DNA of 64,000 nt from an uncultured Anaerolineae bacterium (GCA_964529715.1 CAZGXI010000022.1:21794-85793); one strand, 5' to 3'. Positions 34,684-45,400 are shown, counted from the first letter of the stretch. Notes: generated by a model not told the origin, from the letters alone. Translations and numbers: made by a program.

Positions 34684-34711
34684 GTAGGGGCGCAACATGT
34701 TGCGCCCCTAC
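34684..34711. repeat. 28-nt perfect palindrome (REP-like) between the A2M and cyclase genes
   Basis: GTAGGGGCGCAACATGTTGCGCCCCTAC is a 12-bp GC-rich stem with a 4-nt loop. A single-arm copy (GTAGGGGCGCAGCC on the minus strand) occurs at 4021-4034. Confidence 0.8.
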
Positions 34712-34786
34712 TGCGCCTCTGTGATATTAACCGGTACGGCAGCGAATCAATTCCACCGCCGCGAGACCCATCTACAAAACCTGGCC

Positions 34787-37700
34787 TTACTCCTCCGGCG
34801 TGATGGTAAACAGCATCCCGTCGCTGCGCCCGTAGACCTCTGGGAAGTAGAACTCCTGCCCAGTGGTCGGGATCACATTGTACGCGCCCGGCAGCCCGGT
34901 GCGAATGATGTAACTGTACTCGTAGGTGCCGCGCGGCAGATAGGTGGCATAGATGACCACCTTCTCGTCGCGGAACTCGGTGTTGCTGAAGTACCACCAG
35001 CCCCATCCCCGGCTGAGCGGATTCGAGAGATTCAGTTCTTCCGGCTGCGTGCCAACCACGCTCGTGGTGCGCAGGTTCGGATCGACGGCGTCCGTCCCGG
35101 CGGGAATGGGGTCCTCGATAACCACGTAGTGCAGGTTATTCGGCGCGATGATGGTCAGCGTCACACGGACCTCCGTCCCAACCGGCGCGGTGTCAATCGG
35201 CCTGCGGTCGGGGTCATCGGCCAGACTGTAGCGCCGGTCGATGATGATGCCCCGACTGACGGCCTCGACCTCCGGGACGGGCAGGAAGGCGCGCAGGTGC
35301 GCGGTGTAGTACATCACGCCGGGGCCTTCGCCGTGCGTCAGGGCCAACAGGTTGGCCTGATCGGCCAGCAGATCGGCCACTTCCACCCGCAACGTGTAGG
35401 ACTCGCGCACGTTGTCTGGCGTGGCCTGCTGATCCAGCAGCGTGCTGCCATTGAGTTCGGCGATCATGCGGTAGTCAGGCTGAAGCTCACCTGTTGTCAC
35501 CATCCAGTCGGTGAGCGCCATCACGGCCCAGGCCGTCTCCTGGGTGGTCTCCCAGGCGTCGGCGCTGCGGGCAACCATCAGCCAGCGCACCGCCTGGGCC
35601 AGCAGATCGTTTTCGGGATCGAGTTCGATCAGCGCGCCGAGGACGATGGCCGTCGTGCGCGTGTCGGTGTTCCAGTTCCAATAGTCGCGCCAGCCCTCTT
35701 CCCAGTGGGCGCCCGTTGCGCTGAGGACAGCATTGCTCACCAGGTTGTTGACCAGCGTCTCGATCTGGGCCTCCTGGCGCACGGACAGCCGGTTGAAGGC
35801 GACCGCCAGATACGCCTGGGCGTACAGACTCAGGCGCGTATAGTAGTCGAACAACAGAGTCGTCTGTGAAATGTTCGGGCGGCCTGCCCGCGCCAACGCA
35901 TATAGCAGGAAGGCTTGCCGGTTCAACTGCCAGGTTTCGGTGCTGACGTTGGGCACGACCAGGCGGTTGAGCAGGAAGTTCGTGGCGCGGTTGATCACGC
36001 CATCGGACACCGTGAAGCCGCTGTTCCGCGCCTCGACCAGCCCGATCAGGGCATAGGCAGTGGTCAACTCATTGCTCGGATCGGTGACGAACCAGCCCCA
36101 GCCGCCGTCGGCCTTCTGCTCGGCATAAAGCCGCTGGAGCGCGTAAGACACCGCTTGCTCCAGATTGGCGCGCAGCTGCGCGTTCGCCACGTCGAGCGAT
36201 TCCAACGCCCGGTAGGTCATGATGTTCGGCAAGAAGCGGCTGACCGTCTGCTCAATGCACTGATGCGGATAGTTCCGCAGCCAGTCCAGGCCGTCGATGG
36301 CCGTCGCTGCCAGCGAGGGATCAACACGCACAGTCAGCTCACCCTGCGTGACCTGGAACCGCTCCGGCAGCGCGATAGCCTCGGTGCGCGTGCCCGGCGA
36401 GTCGATCATGCCGCCCGTGCCGACCGTCTCCGGCACTTCGTAGCGATAGACCGGCAGCAGGCGGTCATCCCCCTGCCCCAGCACCGGCTTGCTGGCGTCG
36501 GTATACGCGCCGTCGTTGCCGCTGGCGAAAAAGGTCAGGTCCACGTTCTGCACATCCTCGACCGTAACCATCCACTCGAAGCGGTGGCGCTGGCCAGAAG
36601 GGATGTCTACCGTGATCTCCTGCGGGCTGTTGAAGGTTACACCGGAAGCCTGTAGCGACACCTGAACGGACATCGTCTCGCCGGTGTTGTTGTTGACGAT
36701 AGCCGCCAGCGTTACCGCATCGCCCACCACGAAGAAACGCGGCGTGACCGGGCGCAGCAGCAGCGGCTTGGTGCTGATCAGGTCGGTGGTGGTCTGGCCC
36801 ACCAGCGTCGTGCCGGTCGAAGCGTCGGACACGGCGCGGGCGTCCAGCCGCCACGTGGTTAGGTTGTCCGGCAAGACCACATCGATGGTCGCCTGCCCAT
36901 TCTCATTCGTGACAATGGTGGGATTCCAGTAGGGCGTATCGACGAACTCCTGGCGGATGTCGAAGATGCCGCCTTCGCCGCCGCCGCCGCCGCCGCCCTT
37001 GATGGTATCCAGCGTCGTCTGAGTCAACCGGTCGGCGCTGATCACCAGCGGCATGGCCGTGCGCACCCCCAACCCCTGCTGCCCATAGAAATAGCTCATC
37101 AGCGGGCCGCTGTTGGGATCGGCGATGCTCAGCACTGCTAGGTCGGTGACGCTGACGCCGACTTCAGCCTGCACCGGTTCCCCGGTGTAGTCCGTCGTCT
37201 GGATGGTGTATGTCACCGTGTCGCCCGGCCCGGCCTGTGCGCGGTCCGGCGTGACGGTGACGGTGATCTCGCGCTGCTCCGGGTCCACCGCGATCTGGGC
37301 CATGCCCATGCGGAAGGCAGCCACCGGGTTGTTCTCGTCCACACCTTTGACGATCAAGACGGTGACAAACACGTTCGGCGCATAGGCGTCCTCAATCGGG
37401 AAGGTGTAGGTCTGGCTGTTGCTCTCCAACGTGATCACGTCGTGGAACAACACATCCCCGCGCTCAATCGTGATCAGCGCCGTCGCCGCGCCCTGGAAGG
37501 GGGACGCGATCAGGATTTCCGCCGTGTCGCCCACCCGATAGCTGTCGCGGTCGGTGATCAGATCGATGCGGTTGCTGTTCTGCTGTCGCCAGGAGACGTA
37601 CTCCCTGCCAGACACCCACAGGAAAGCCGACGAAACGACCTCATTCCCCCGGTTGTCGCGCGTGGTGGCATAAATCTTATAGGACCCGGCGGCGGGCGGC

Positions 37701-40700
37701 GTGAAGGCAAAGGTCGCCGTGCCATCTTCACCGGTCGTCACTATGCCCTCGGCACCTTCCACTGGGATTTCCTCCACCTCCCAGGTCCAGGTGGTGAGTC
37801 CACGCTCATCCTCCTCCTGCACGTTAGACCAGCGCCGTTCCACCACGCGCACGCCGATTTCCTGCCCGGCCACGCCCTGGCTATCCCAGTCCACCGCGAT
37901 CAGGTTGATGGTCTGCTCCTCGCCCGCCAGGCCGACGTAACGATCCGGGCGGACACCGACATAGACCTGGCCCTGATGAACGATCACCTGCGTCCGCCCG
38001 GCAACCTCCTGATAGCTTTCGTCCACCACGCGCGCCTCGATGGTGTAGGTCTGGCTCTGCGTGCGTTCGCCCAGGTCGGCGGGCAGTTCGATCAGGAAGC
38101 GGCCCTGAGCGTCGGTCGTGCCCTGGCCCTCGGCGATGACCTCGCCATAAGGCCCATAGTACTCGCCCGGCCCATAGTCGTAGTTGTAGTCTATGAAGCT
38201 GTAACGCTGCCGCCCGGCGTAGTCGAAGTAGTAGTCTTGCGACAGCACCGAGTAGGAGATGGCAGCGTTGGAAACCGGACCGCCGAAGAAGTAGGCGCTT
38301 TCGACCAGCACGCGCACCGTGTCGCCCTGGACCACCGCCTCGGCTTCTGGTGTCGTCGTTACCTGGAACTCCGGCGCGCGGTATTCCGCCACGCCGAAGA
38401 TGACCTGATACGGGCTGTAGTAGTATTCGTCGCCTTCGTCCAGGTCCACGAACAGCCGGTAGTAGCCCAACGTGGCGTCCGCGTCCAGGTCAAACTGGCC
38501 GCTGAACGTGCCATACTCATTCAGGGCAGCCTCACCCTCGTAGACGATCTGGCCGTTGGGGTCTTCAATCTTGAGCGGCACGCTGCGGTATGGCGGCAGG
38601 GTATAGGTCACGTCGTCGCGTGCCCGGACGATACCCCGGTAATACACCGGCTGCCCCGGACGGTACAGCGGGCGGTCGGTGTAGAGATAGGCAGAAACTT
38701 CCTCTGGGTAGTAGTTAGCGTTCTGGTTGAAGTCATACGATTCGATGCCCTGCGACCACTGGTTGACCGTGAACCCGAAGGCGTTCGGGCTGTCCACGAC
38801 GGCGTAGACGTAGCGATACAGGTCGGTGAGGCGCGGAATCGTCGCCGTGTAGAGGCCGTCTGCCCCGGTAACGCCGCTGGCGATCTGGCTGAATCCCTCG
38901 TCATAAAGCGTCACCGGCACACCTTCCAACGGTAGGCCGCTGTCCATGTCCGTTACCCAGACCAGGGCGCTGTCGATGGACAGTTTGAGCGTCAGGTTGG
39001 CCGTCGCCACGATCATGACACTCCGGCTGGGACGGCTCGAGGCGGTCTGCGGCGAATTCATCTCCAGATAGTACACACCCGGCGGCAGGGACTCTTGGCC
39101 CCCCATCATGCCTGCCGCAGCCACCGGAGGCAGCGCAGTCGCCTGGGCAGGCGCGTACACGTCCAGGTAATATTCTTCGGCGCTGCCCTCGGCCACCCAG
39201 GCCATCCTGCCATCGCGCAGCGTCACCTGCCACCAGAACATGCCGTTGGCGCAGACCGGCCCGCCCACGACCGGCAGTTGGTAATCCTGGTACAGCAGTT
39301 CCAAAATCTCGCCGCCACCCGGCTCGGAGCGCGCACGCAGCGGATCGGGATCGGTGATCACAACCGCCGTAGCCCCTACCCCCAGACGCATCTCTGGCGC
39401 GCCCTCACATTCGGTAATACCGCTGCTACCCACCGCGCTGATATTGAGCAGTTGATACTGCCAGCGGTTAGGCTCGCCTTCTACCGGCACCGACCAGCGT
39501 CGCAACAGAGGTGCCCCCTGCGGCGGCAGCCAGGTATCCCACAGCTCCCCGCTATCCGGGCCGACGAGCGCCGCCAGAGTTGGCAGGGGAACCTGGTAGA
39601 GCGCCAGGTTCAACTGGGTGACATTGAGATGCCGCGCGAACAAGCGCGTTTGCGGCGCGTAGGCACTGTAGATGCCCACCCGGCCCGGCACGGTCAGCGC
39701 CACGTCGGGGTCGTAACTCCGCGTGGTAAACGTAACCGTCATGCCCTCGTCAATCGTATTGCCGTAAGGATCGGCCATGCCGGGCGCGATGGTGAAGGTG
39801 TAGGTCGTCTCCGGCTCAAAGGCAAAGTAGATCACGTAGCGGTCATCGTAATCGTAGTAGTAGGCGTCGAAATCGCGCTCTGGCGCGGGGTCGATGGTGA
39901 TCTTGTCCCGAATGGTGTCTTCGTCCATCGGAGTGGCGAAATAGATGGTGAACCCTGCAAAGGGATCGACCCTCTCATCGCCATGCGCTGGATTTGTGCC
40001 GGTGATGGCGGGCGGCCCGATGGTGATGAAGTTCCAGGCCAGGTCATCTTCCAGTTGGGCAGTCCCGTTCGCCGCCCGCGCGATGTCGGAATCCAGAAAC
40101 ACCGTGTAGAAGCCGTTTAGTCGCAGGCGCTCTGCCGGGCGATACCGGACCTGTGTGCTGATCCCGTTCCACACGAATTCCCCGGCCACCTGCCCCGCTG
40201 ACTGCTCGACCAGTTGGAACGCCTCCTCGACACTGGCCCGATCCATCGGCTGGTTGAACTCGATGCGCACCACTGCATTCAGGCCAACATCGGTAGCATT
40301 CTGGGAAGGCGACACCCGGACAACGGCAGGCGGCAGCGTGGAGAACGACCAGGTGTAATCCTCCGCCAGCACGCCGCCGGTAATGTCGGTCAGCCCAGCG
40401 GAAACCGTCACGGTGTAGGTCGTGCCGCCCGCCAGGGCTTGAGGCCGGAAGATGTAGATCGACGTGTTGAGCCACTCACCCGCGCCCGCGACCTCCGGCG
40501 TGATCACCAGCGGCGAGGGCAGGTCCGCCATGTCCTCGATAGACACCAGCGGCACCACCGGGCGGTTGAAGATGACGGTAATGGCCGAGTCGGTAGCGAT
40601 GTAGCTCGCATACGGCTCAGGAAGCACCTGCGACACTTCCAGATAGCCGACCGTCGTCACACGCAGGGTAAACGGCTCAACGAACGACGCGCCGCCTGCA

Positions 40701-41065
40701 CTGACAGCCTCCACGCCGACCGTCACGAGATATTCCGTCGCGCGCTCCAGAGGTGCGGCAGGGATAAAGCGCAGCGTGGAGTCGTTCACGACCTCAAAGC
40801 GCCCCTCGACCTCCGGCGCAATTGCGAACGCCGCCCGGACGCTCTCCATATCCATTGGCTGGTTGAAGTACAGCGTGATCGTGCCGTCCAGCGGCAGTTC
40901 TTCGCCGGGGACGGGATCGCTATCGACCACCTGGGGCGGAGGACTGCCGTTGCCCTGGCGCAGCGGCGACCCGATGGCCACCGGCGCGGGCGCAGCGAAC
41001 GTCACCACACCTACAACAGCGAGTAAAACAATCCCCCCAAAAATAAACCATCGGCGCTGTTTCAT
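34787..41065 (-). CDS. Alpha-2-macroglobulin family protein (thioester-containing, 2092 aa), N-terminally membrane-anchored
   Basis: Start at ATG 41065 (MKQRRWFIFGGIVLLAVVGVV). N-terminal Ig-like (SbsA-type) repeats, MG-domain body, a bait-region Gly run (IKGGGGGGEGG), the thioester motif CIEQ at 36248-36259 (NYPHQCIEQTVSRFLPN), and a C-terminal receptor-binding-like domain. Confidence 0.85.
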   Translation of the reverse strand: MKQRRWFIFGGIVLLAVVGVVTFAAPAPVAIGSPLRQGNGSPPPQVVDSDPVPGEELPLDGTITLYFNQPMDMESVRAAFAIAPEVEGRFEVVNDSTLRFIPAAPLERATEYLVTVGVEAVSAGGASFVEPFTLRVTTVGYLEVSQVLPEPYASYIATDSAITVIFNRPVVPLVSIEDMADLPSPLVITPEVAGAGEWLNTSIYIFRPQALAGGTTYTVTVSAGLTDITGGVLAEDYTWSFSTLPPAVVRVSPSQNATDVGLNAVVRIEFNQPMDRASVEEAFQLVEQSAGQVAGEFVWNGISTQVRYRPAERLRLNGFYTVFLDSDIARAANGTAQLEDDLAWNFITIGPPAITGTNPAHGDERVDPFAGFTIYFATPMDEDTIRDKITIDPAPERDFDAYYYDYDDRYVIYFAFEPETTYTFTIAPGMADPYGNTIDEGMTVTFTTRSYDPDVALTVPGRVGIYSAYAPQTRLFARHLNVTQLNLALYQVPLPTLAALVGPDSGELWDTWLPPQGAPLLRRWSVPVEGEPNRWQYQLLNISAVGSSGITECEGAPEMRLGVGATAVVITDPDPLRARSEPGGGEILELLYQDYQLPVVGGPVCANGMFWWQVTLRDGRMAWVAEGSAEEYYLDVYAPAQATALPPVAAAGMMGGQESLPPGVYYLEMNSPQTASSRPSRSVMIVATANLTLKLSIDSALVWVTDMDSGLPLEGVPVTLYDEGFSQIASGVTGADGLYTATIPRLTDLYRYVYAVVDSPNAFGFTVNQWSQGIESYDFNQNANYYPEEVSAYLYTDRPLYRPGQPVYYRGIVRARDDVTYTLPPYRSVPLKIEDPNGQIVYEGEAALNEYGTFSGQFDLDADATLGYYRLFVDLDEGDEYYYSPYQVIFGVAEYRAPEFQVTTTPEAEAVVQGDTVRVLVESAYFFGGPVSNAAISYSVLSQDYYFDYAGRQRYSFIDYNYDYGPGEYYGPYGEVIAEGQGTTDAQGRFLIELPADLGERTQSQTYTIEARVVDESYQEVAGRTQVIVHQGQVYVGVRPDRYVGLAGEEQTINLIAVDWDSQGVAGQEIGVRVVERRWSNVQEEDERGLTTWTWEVEEIPVEGAEGIVTTGEDGTATFAFTPPAAGSYKIYATTRDNRGNEVVSSAFLWVSGREYVSWRQQNSNRIDLITDRDSYRVGDTAEILIASPFQGAATALITIERGDVLFHDVITLESNSQTYTFPIEDAYAPNVFVTVLIVKGVDENNPVAAFRMGMAQIAVDPEQREITVTVTPDRAQAGPGDTVTYTIQTTDYTGEPVQAEVGVSVTDLAVLSIADPNSGPLMSYFYGQQGLGVRTAMPLVISADRLTQTTLDTIKGGGGGGGEGGIFDIRQEFVDTPYWNPTIVTNENGQATIDVVLPDNLTTWRLDARAVSDASTGTTLVGQTTTDLISTKPLLLRPVTPRFFVVGDAVTLAAIVNNNTGETMSVQVSLQASGVTFNSPQEITVDIPSGQRHRFEWMVTVEDVQNVDLTFFASGNDGAYTDASKPVLGQGDDRLLPVYRYEVPETVGTGGMIDSPGTRTEAIALPERFQVTQGELTVRVDPSLAATAIDGLDWLRNYPHQCIEQTVSRFLPNIMTYRALESLDVANAQLRANLEQAVSYALQRLYAEQKADGGWGWFVTDPSNELTTAYALIGLVEARNSGFTVSDGVINRATNFLLNRLVVPNVSTETWQLNRQAFLLYALARAGRPNISQTTLLFDYYTRLSLYAQAYLAVAFNRLSVRQEAQIETLVNNLVSNAVLSATGAHWEEGWRDYWNWNTDTRTTAIVLGALIELDPENDLLAQAVRWLMVARSADAWETTQETAWAVMALTDWMVTTGELQPDYRMIAELNGSTLLDQQATPDNVRESYTLRVEVADLLADQANLLALTHGEGPGVMYYTAHLRAFLPVPEVEAVSRGIIIDRRYSLADDPDRRPIDTAPVGTEVRVTLTIIAPNNLHYVVIEDPIPAGTDAVDPNLRTTSVVGTQPEELNLSNPLSRGWGWWYFSNTEFRDEKVVIYATYLPRGTYEYSYIIRTGLPGAYNVIPTTGQEFYFPEVYGRSDGMLFTITPEE

Positions 41066-41109
41066 AGCGCATCCTTTCCCAAAACTGTGTTTCTCTATCA
41101 CCTATCCGC

Positions 41110-41137
41110 ATTGTAGGCGAAAAGAAGGGAGATGCAA
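41110..41137 (-). promoter_or_regulatory. Candidate sigma70-type promoter of the A2M gene
   Basis: Minus strand TTGCAT (41137-41132), a 16-nt spacer, then TACAAT (41115-41110), about 45 nt upstream of ATG 41065. Confidence 0.45.
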
Positions 41138-41252
41138 TTGACGCCCGCCCGCCGATTGCGCGGTGCAGACGCAAGGGAAGCGTCAGGGAACGGTCAGGTT
41201 CCCCGCCGTTTATCCCCTGGCTTGGTGTAGATGATTGAAGGAGCAACCACTC

Positions 41253-41630
41253 TCAGGGCCGAGGAGCAGGTCGCCGCTGCGTTAGCCGTTTGGACAGCGC
41301 CACCAGGTCGCTCAGCGTCACCGGCTTCACCAGAAAGAATTCCACGTTGCGCTGTTCGGTCTGCGCCTCCCAGCGGTCGTTGGCCGTCACCACCACGACC
41401 TGCGTTTGAGCTAGGTGTGGGCAAGAGCGGATGTAATCGATCACTTCGATGCCGTTGCCATCCGGCATCATCATGTCCAGGATCACCAGGTCCGGCGTGG
41501 TCCGCTGGAGCACCGCCTGCGCGATGCTGCCGCTGCTGGCCGTTTCAACCTCAAAGCCTGCCTGGGCCAGAGCTGTATGATAGATGTACAACAGGTCCCG
41601 ATCGTCTTCAACCACGAGCACTTTCGCCAT
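41253..41630 (-). CDS. Stand-alone response-regulator receiver domain (CheY-like)
   Basis: KVLVVEDD, phospho-acceptor context LVILDMMMPDGNG, VVVVTAN and FLVKPV. There is no output domain. Start at ATG 41630. Confidence 0.8.
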   Translation of the reverse strand: MAKVLVVEDDRDLLYIYHTALAQAGFEVETASSGSIAQAVLQRTTPDLVILDMMMPDGNGIEVIDYIRSCPHLAQTQVVVVTANDRWEAQTEQRNVEFFLVKPVTLSDLVALSKRLTQRRPAPRP

Positions 41631-41708
41631 CGAGATTGCCCCCCGCAAAGATACCGTCTACCACTAGCACTCTGATTCTAAGAAGATCGGATGGGGCTGG
41701 CAATCCCC

Positions 41709-42368
41709 CTATAGGAGGGTATGTGTAAAGGGCAACCCCAAAGCATTTTTGACGGCCAACCAGACCAGGGCAGCTACCTCTCGCCCCAGCGAAACCAGGT
41801 ATTGGTCCGGCGGGATCGGCCCGGTGGTCGCCTGGGCCGGGCTGGTCGTCAGGGTGACGCCGTGCGCCTGAAACAGCAGGGTCGTCCGCCACAGATGATA
41901 GTCGTCGCTCGTCACCAGGGCAGTCCGCCAGCCACGTTCATGCATTAACGCCGCCGTGTAGATGGCATTTTCCTCAGTGCTCAGGCTGTTTTCTTCTAAC
42001 AGAATCGCCTCACGCGGCACACCGCGCGCAACCAGCAGATCAGCGCAGGCCGCCGCCTCAGACACCGGAACGCCAACGGTAAAACCGCCGGAGCAGATGA
42101 CCCAGGGCGCGTAACCTGCCGCATAGAGGGCAGCAGCGTGTTCCGCCCGCCGCGTCATACCAGGGTTGGGCTGGCCATTCGGATACAACCCTGCCCCCAG
42201 CACCACGATCACGTCCGCCGGAGCAGCCCGATCCACCAGGCCATACTGCCGCACCTGTGCTGCCAACCCCAGGCCGAGTAGCAGCCCCGACGCCGTGATC
42301 AAGAACACCAGCCGCACCCAGCGGCGCTTCCAAAGCTGTTTTGCTCGTCTCAAGGTGCACCCGCACAT
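41709..42368 (-). CDS. DUF218 (YdcF/ElyC/SanA-like) membrane-anchored protein
   Basis: N-terminal TM helix, then VIVVLGAGLYPNGQP...RRAEHAAALYAAGYAPWVICSGG...LSTEENA...ALVTSDYHLWR-like motifs. Confidence 0.7.
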   Translation of the reverse strand: MCGCTLRRAKQLWKRRWVRLVFLITASGLLLGLGLAAQVRQYGLVDRAAPADVIVVLGAGLYPNGQPNPGMTRRAEHAAALYAAGYAPWVICSGGFTVGVPVSEAAACADLLVARGVPREAILLEENSLSTEENAIYTAALMHERGWRTALVTSDDYHLWRTTLLFQAHGVTLTTSPAQATTGPIPPDQYLVSLGREVAALVWLAVKNALGLPFTHTLL

Positions 42369-42410
42369 GGGGAGCGGCCTCAGCGCCGCCCCCGGTTTGC
42401 GCGCCGTATT

Positions 42411-45400
42411 CTAACACTCACTGTAGCCGCAGGAATAGCACTTGCGGCAGCCTTCCTCGTTGACCACCGCCGCTTGCCCACATTCCGGGCACAGATCGCC
42501 AATGCGTCGCTCGGTCTGACTCTGTACCGGCAACGGCAGCGGCTCCTGCACGACCGTCAGGCCTGCATCCGCTGGGCGGTCCGCTTCGGGTGGCTCGGTC
42601 TCCTCCAGATAAAGCTGGAGCATCTGCGCCACACCATCCGGCAGGCTGCGCACACGCGCCGGGCCAAAACCGGTCGCCCGCCCACCGCCGATGCCCACAA
42701 GCTGGCGCACGATCTCTTTGAGGCGCTGGCGCGGGCTGATAGGCGACACCAGCCGCAGAATATACGAGATCAGGCGTCCCAATGCTTCGGATACCGCCGC
42801 CGTGTCCGATCCAGCCTTCGAGGCCGTCAGGAAAACCTCAAAAGGCTGGCCTTCACCCTTGCCGTTTTCATTGATCGTTACGTAGGTCGCGCCGAGCGGC
42901 GTGTTGACGCGATAGGTCCTGCCGGCCAGGGCGCGCGGGCGAGGCTTTTTGGCTTCGTCAAACAGCGGCATGGTGCCCAAGTCGGCTGTTGCAGCCGCCG
43001 ACGTGGCCTCAGCAGGGCCGGATGCACCTTTGGCCTCCTGGGTAGCTTTCGTCTCCAACACCACCTTCTCGCGGCTGCCGGTGACATAGACCGTGATGCC
43101 CTTGCAACCCAGTTCCCAGGCGAGTCGATAAGCCTGTTTCACATCTTCAACGGTGGCTGTTTCAGGCATGTTCACGGTTTTACTAATACTATTATCAACG
43201 AATGCCTGCAACGCCGCCTGCATCCGCACATGTTCCTCGACCGTCACATCCGAACTGACGACAAAGGTGTGTCGGATCCAGGCGGGCAACTCGGCAATGC
43301 CCTGACATGTGCCCGTCTCGTTGACCTGCTTTATCACCCGCTCAATGGTCGCCTCGTCCAGCCCGGCGCGCCGCAATGCGCGCTCGAACAAGGGGCTGGT
43401 GTATTGCAATTCCAGGTCTCTGCCGTTGTCATTGACATGGCGGACATAAGCCAGCGCGAACACCGGCTCACAGCCGTATCCTTCGCAACCCGCGACGGTG
43501 GCGATGGTGCCCGTCGGCGCGACCGTATTCTGCGCCCCGTTGCGGATGCCGTGCTGCCGGATACCTTCAACGATCTCGCCCCAATCCAACGCGGGACGGC
43601 CCCAATCGCGCCTGTAGGGAGTCAGGGGTTGAGGCGGCTGCCACTTCAGGTCCGCCGGATCATAGATGCTGCCTTTGATCGCCGGGAAGGGGCCGCGCTC
43701 CTTTGCCAGTTCGATGCTCGTGCGCATGGCGTGGTAACGCACGAACTCCATGATCTGCCCGGCGAACTCCTGCCCCTCTTCCGAGCCGTAGCGCACGCCC
43801 AGGCGATACATCATGTCGGCCAAGCCCATAATGCCCAAGCCAATGCGCCGAACGCGGTGGGCGGCCTCCTTGAGCTGCGGCACGGCGGGCACATAGGCGT
43901 TCGCCGTCACCACATCGTCCAGAAAGCGCGTCGCTTCCTCGACGGCACGGCGCAGGGCGCCCCAGTCCACGTGATCGTCGTCCGTGACCAGTTTGGCGAG
44001 GTTGACCGAGCCGAGACAGCAGTTTTCAAAAGGCCCAAGCCACTGCTCACCACAGTTATGAACAACGATAGTATTAGCGACAAAGCTGTGAGTATACGGC
44101 TCTGTCAAATCGTAGACATCGGCTACGCCCGCATCCTCAATACTCAGGATGATGTCCTCATACATTTCGCGGTTTGTTTGCCGCTTCTTACGTCCGATGA
44201 ACTCAACTAATCGTTGCTGTTTGCGTGGATCAGCAAACCCGATCAGATCCGCAAATCGGTCACGGTTTGCCCCGCCAATGATCAACTCATACTGTGCATG
44301 GCAATCGTATAGTTTCTGCCCACCTTTGCCATCTGGCATCAACTTTCGATGAGCTTCACGACGCTGGCAAACACGGCTGACAATGCCGAAGTTACCCAGC
44401 AAGACTTGCACATCTTTAAGCAGGGTTTGTGCAGAACTCGCCAGTCTGACTGTACAATCTTGTTTAGCCTCACTTATGTAAACTGTTCCATCTGCACTGA
44501 AAAGCCCTTGAAGAAAACCGACGACTGCTTCGCGCGGTGCACCCCAAATCGAATCAGGAACACACTTCTCATGAGCGCAAACGGCTTTGACGCCAAGCGA
44601 CCTGAAAAATTCGTAGGGCAGGCACGCATATGTCAATTGCTTCACACTGCTACGATTATGAACATGACCAGGGCCAAACCATTCACGCATCGGTTCATGC
44701 ACCAAAGCCAGTTCATCATCCGACTCAAAAACGATGCCTAAACTACCATTGCCACCCCTAGTGAGCCAACCATCCCCAACCAGCCATCCCATTACTAAAC
44801 CTAGATCGTGTGACCAATGAGATGGTATGTTGGCATATTGTTCCCGAAAATCGCGCCGCTGCTTTGTCGCACCACTTGCACGATCGCCCGATACAGCCAT
44901 TGTTTCAATCAGTTCATACATAGCCTCCACGTTGGGCAGTTCATAGTTTTGGCTCCATGCTCCTTCACTACCCTGCAACAACAGCTTGTCGCCGGGCTTC
45001 AAATCATGTAATTTAACATAGCCGGTCGGTGTAAGAAAGGCGTGATCCGGCGTGGCTGTGACACTGTAGCCTTGTTCGGTTGTAAGACACATGACAGGGA
45101 CATTTTCTCGCGTCCGCCAAGCGGGCGTGGCAGGTCGTAGAGCGATTCCCAGGGCTTTCTTCGAGGGCTTACCCGTCCCGGCAAAAGGCGCACGTCCATC
45201 TGTGACCACAAACAATGGCAATCCTCTATCAGCAAGCTCCTGGATAGTCAATAAGCCTAGATGTGTGGCAATTCTCGTATTACCCGCCACGCATGGATTG
45301 GTCGCTTCCAACTCGTACAGGTGCGGCACGGGATTGGTGCGGTTGGCCGCGTCGAGAAACAGTACCCCCGGCTCGCCGTTGTGATGCGCCTGCCGTGCGA

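Noticed and set aside
34647-35006. 120-codon N-terminal extension of the cyclase-family ORF
   Set aside because: It overlaps the A2M 3' end and the REP-like palindrome, and the composition is junk-like. GTG 34646 has an SD and matches where family members start.
37442-38935. 497-aa plus-strand ORF antisense to the A2M gene (also 34697..35869, 35915..36655, 39095..40120 and 40214..41026)
   Set aside because: All fall inside the continuous 6.3-kb A2M reading frame and have the R/H/G/D/V-rich composition of shadow ORFs.
42474-44210. 578-aa plus-strand ORF antisense to nrdJ
   Set aside because: A shadow ORF of nrdJ with junk-like composition. It stops where the AT-richer intein begins, as expected for a GC-driven artefact.
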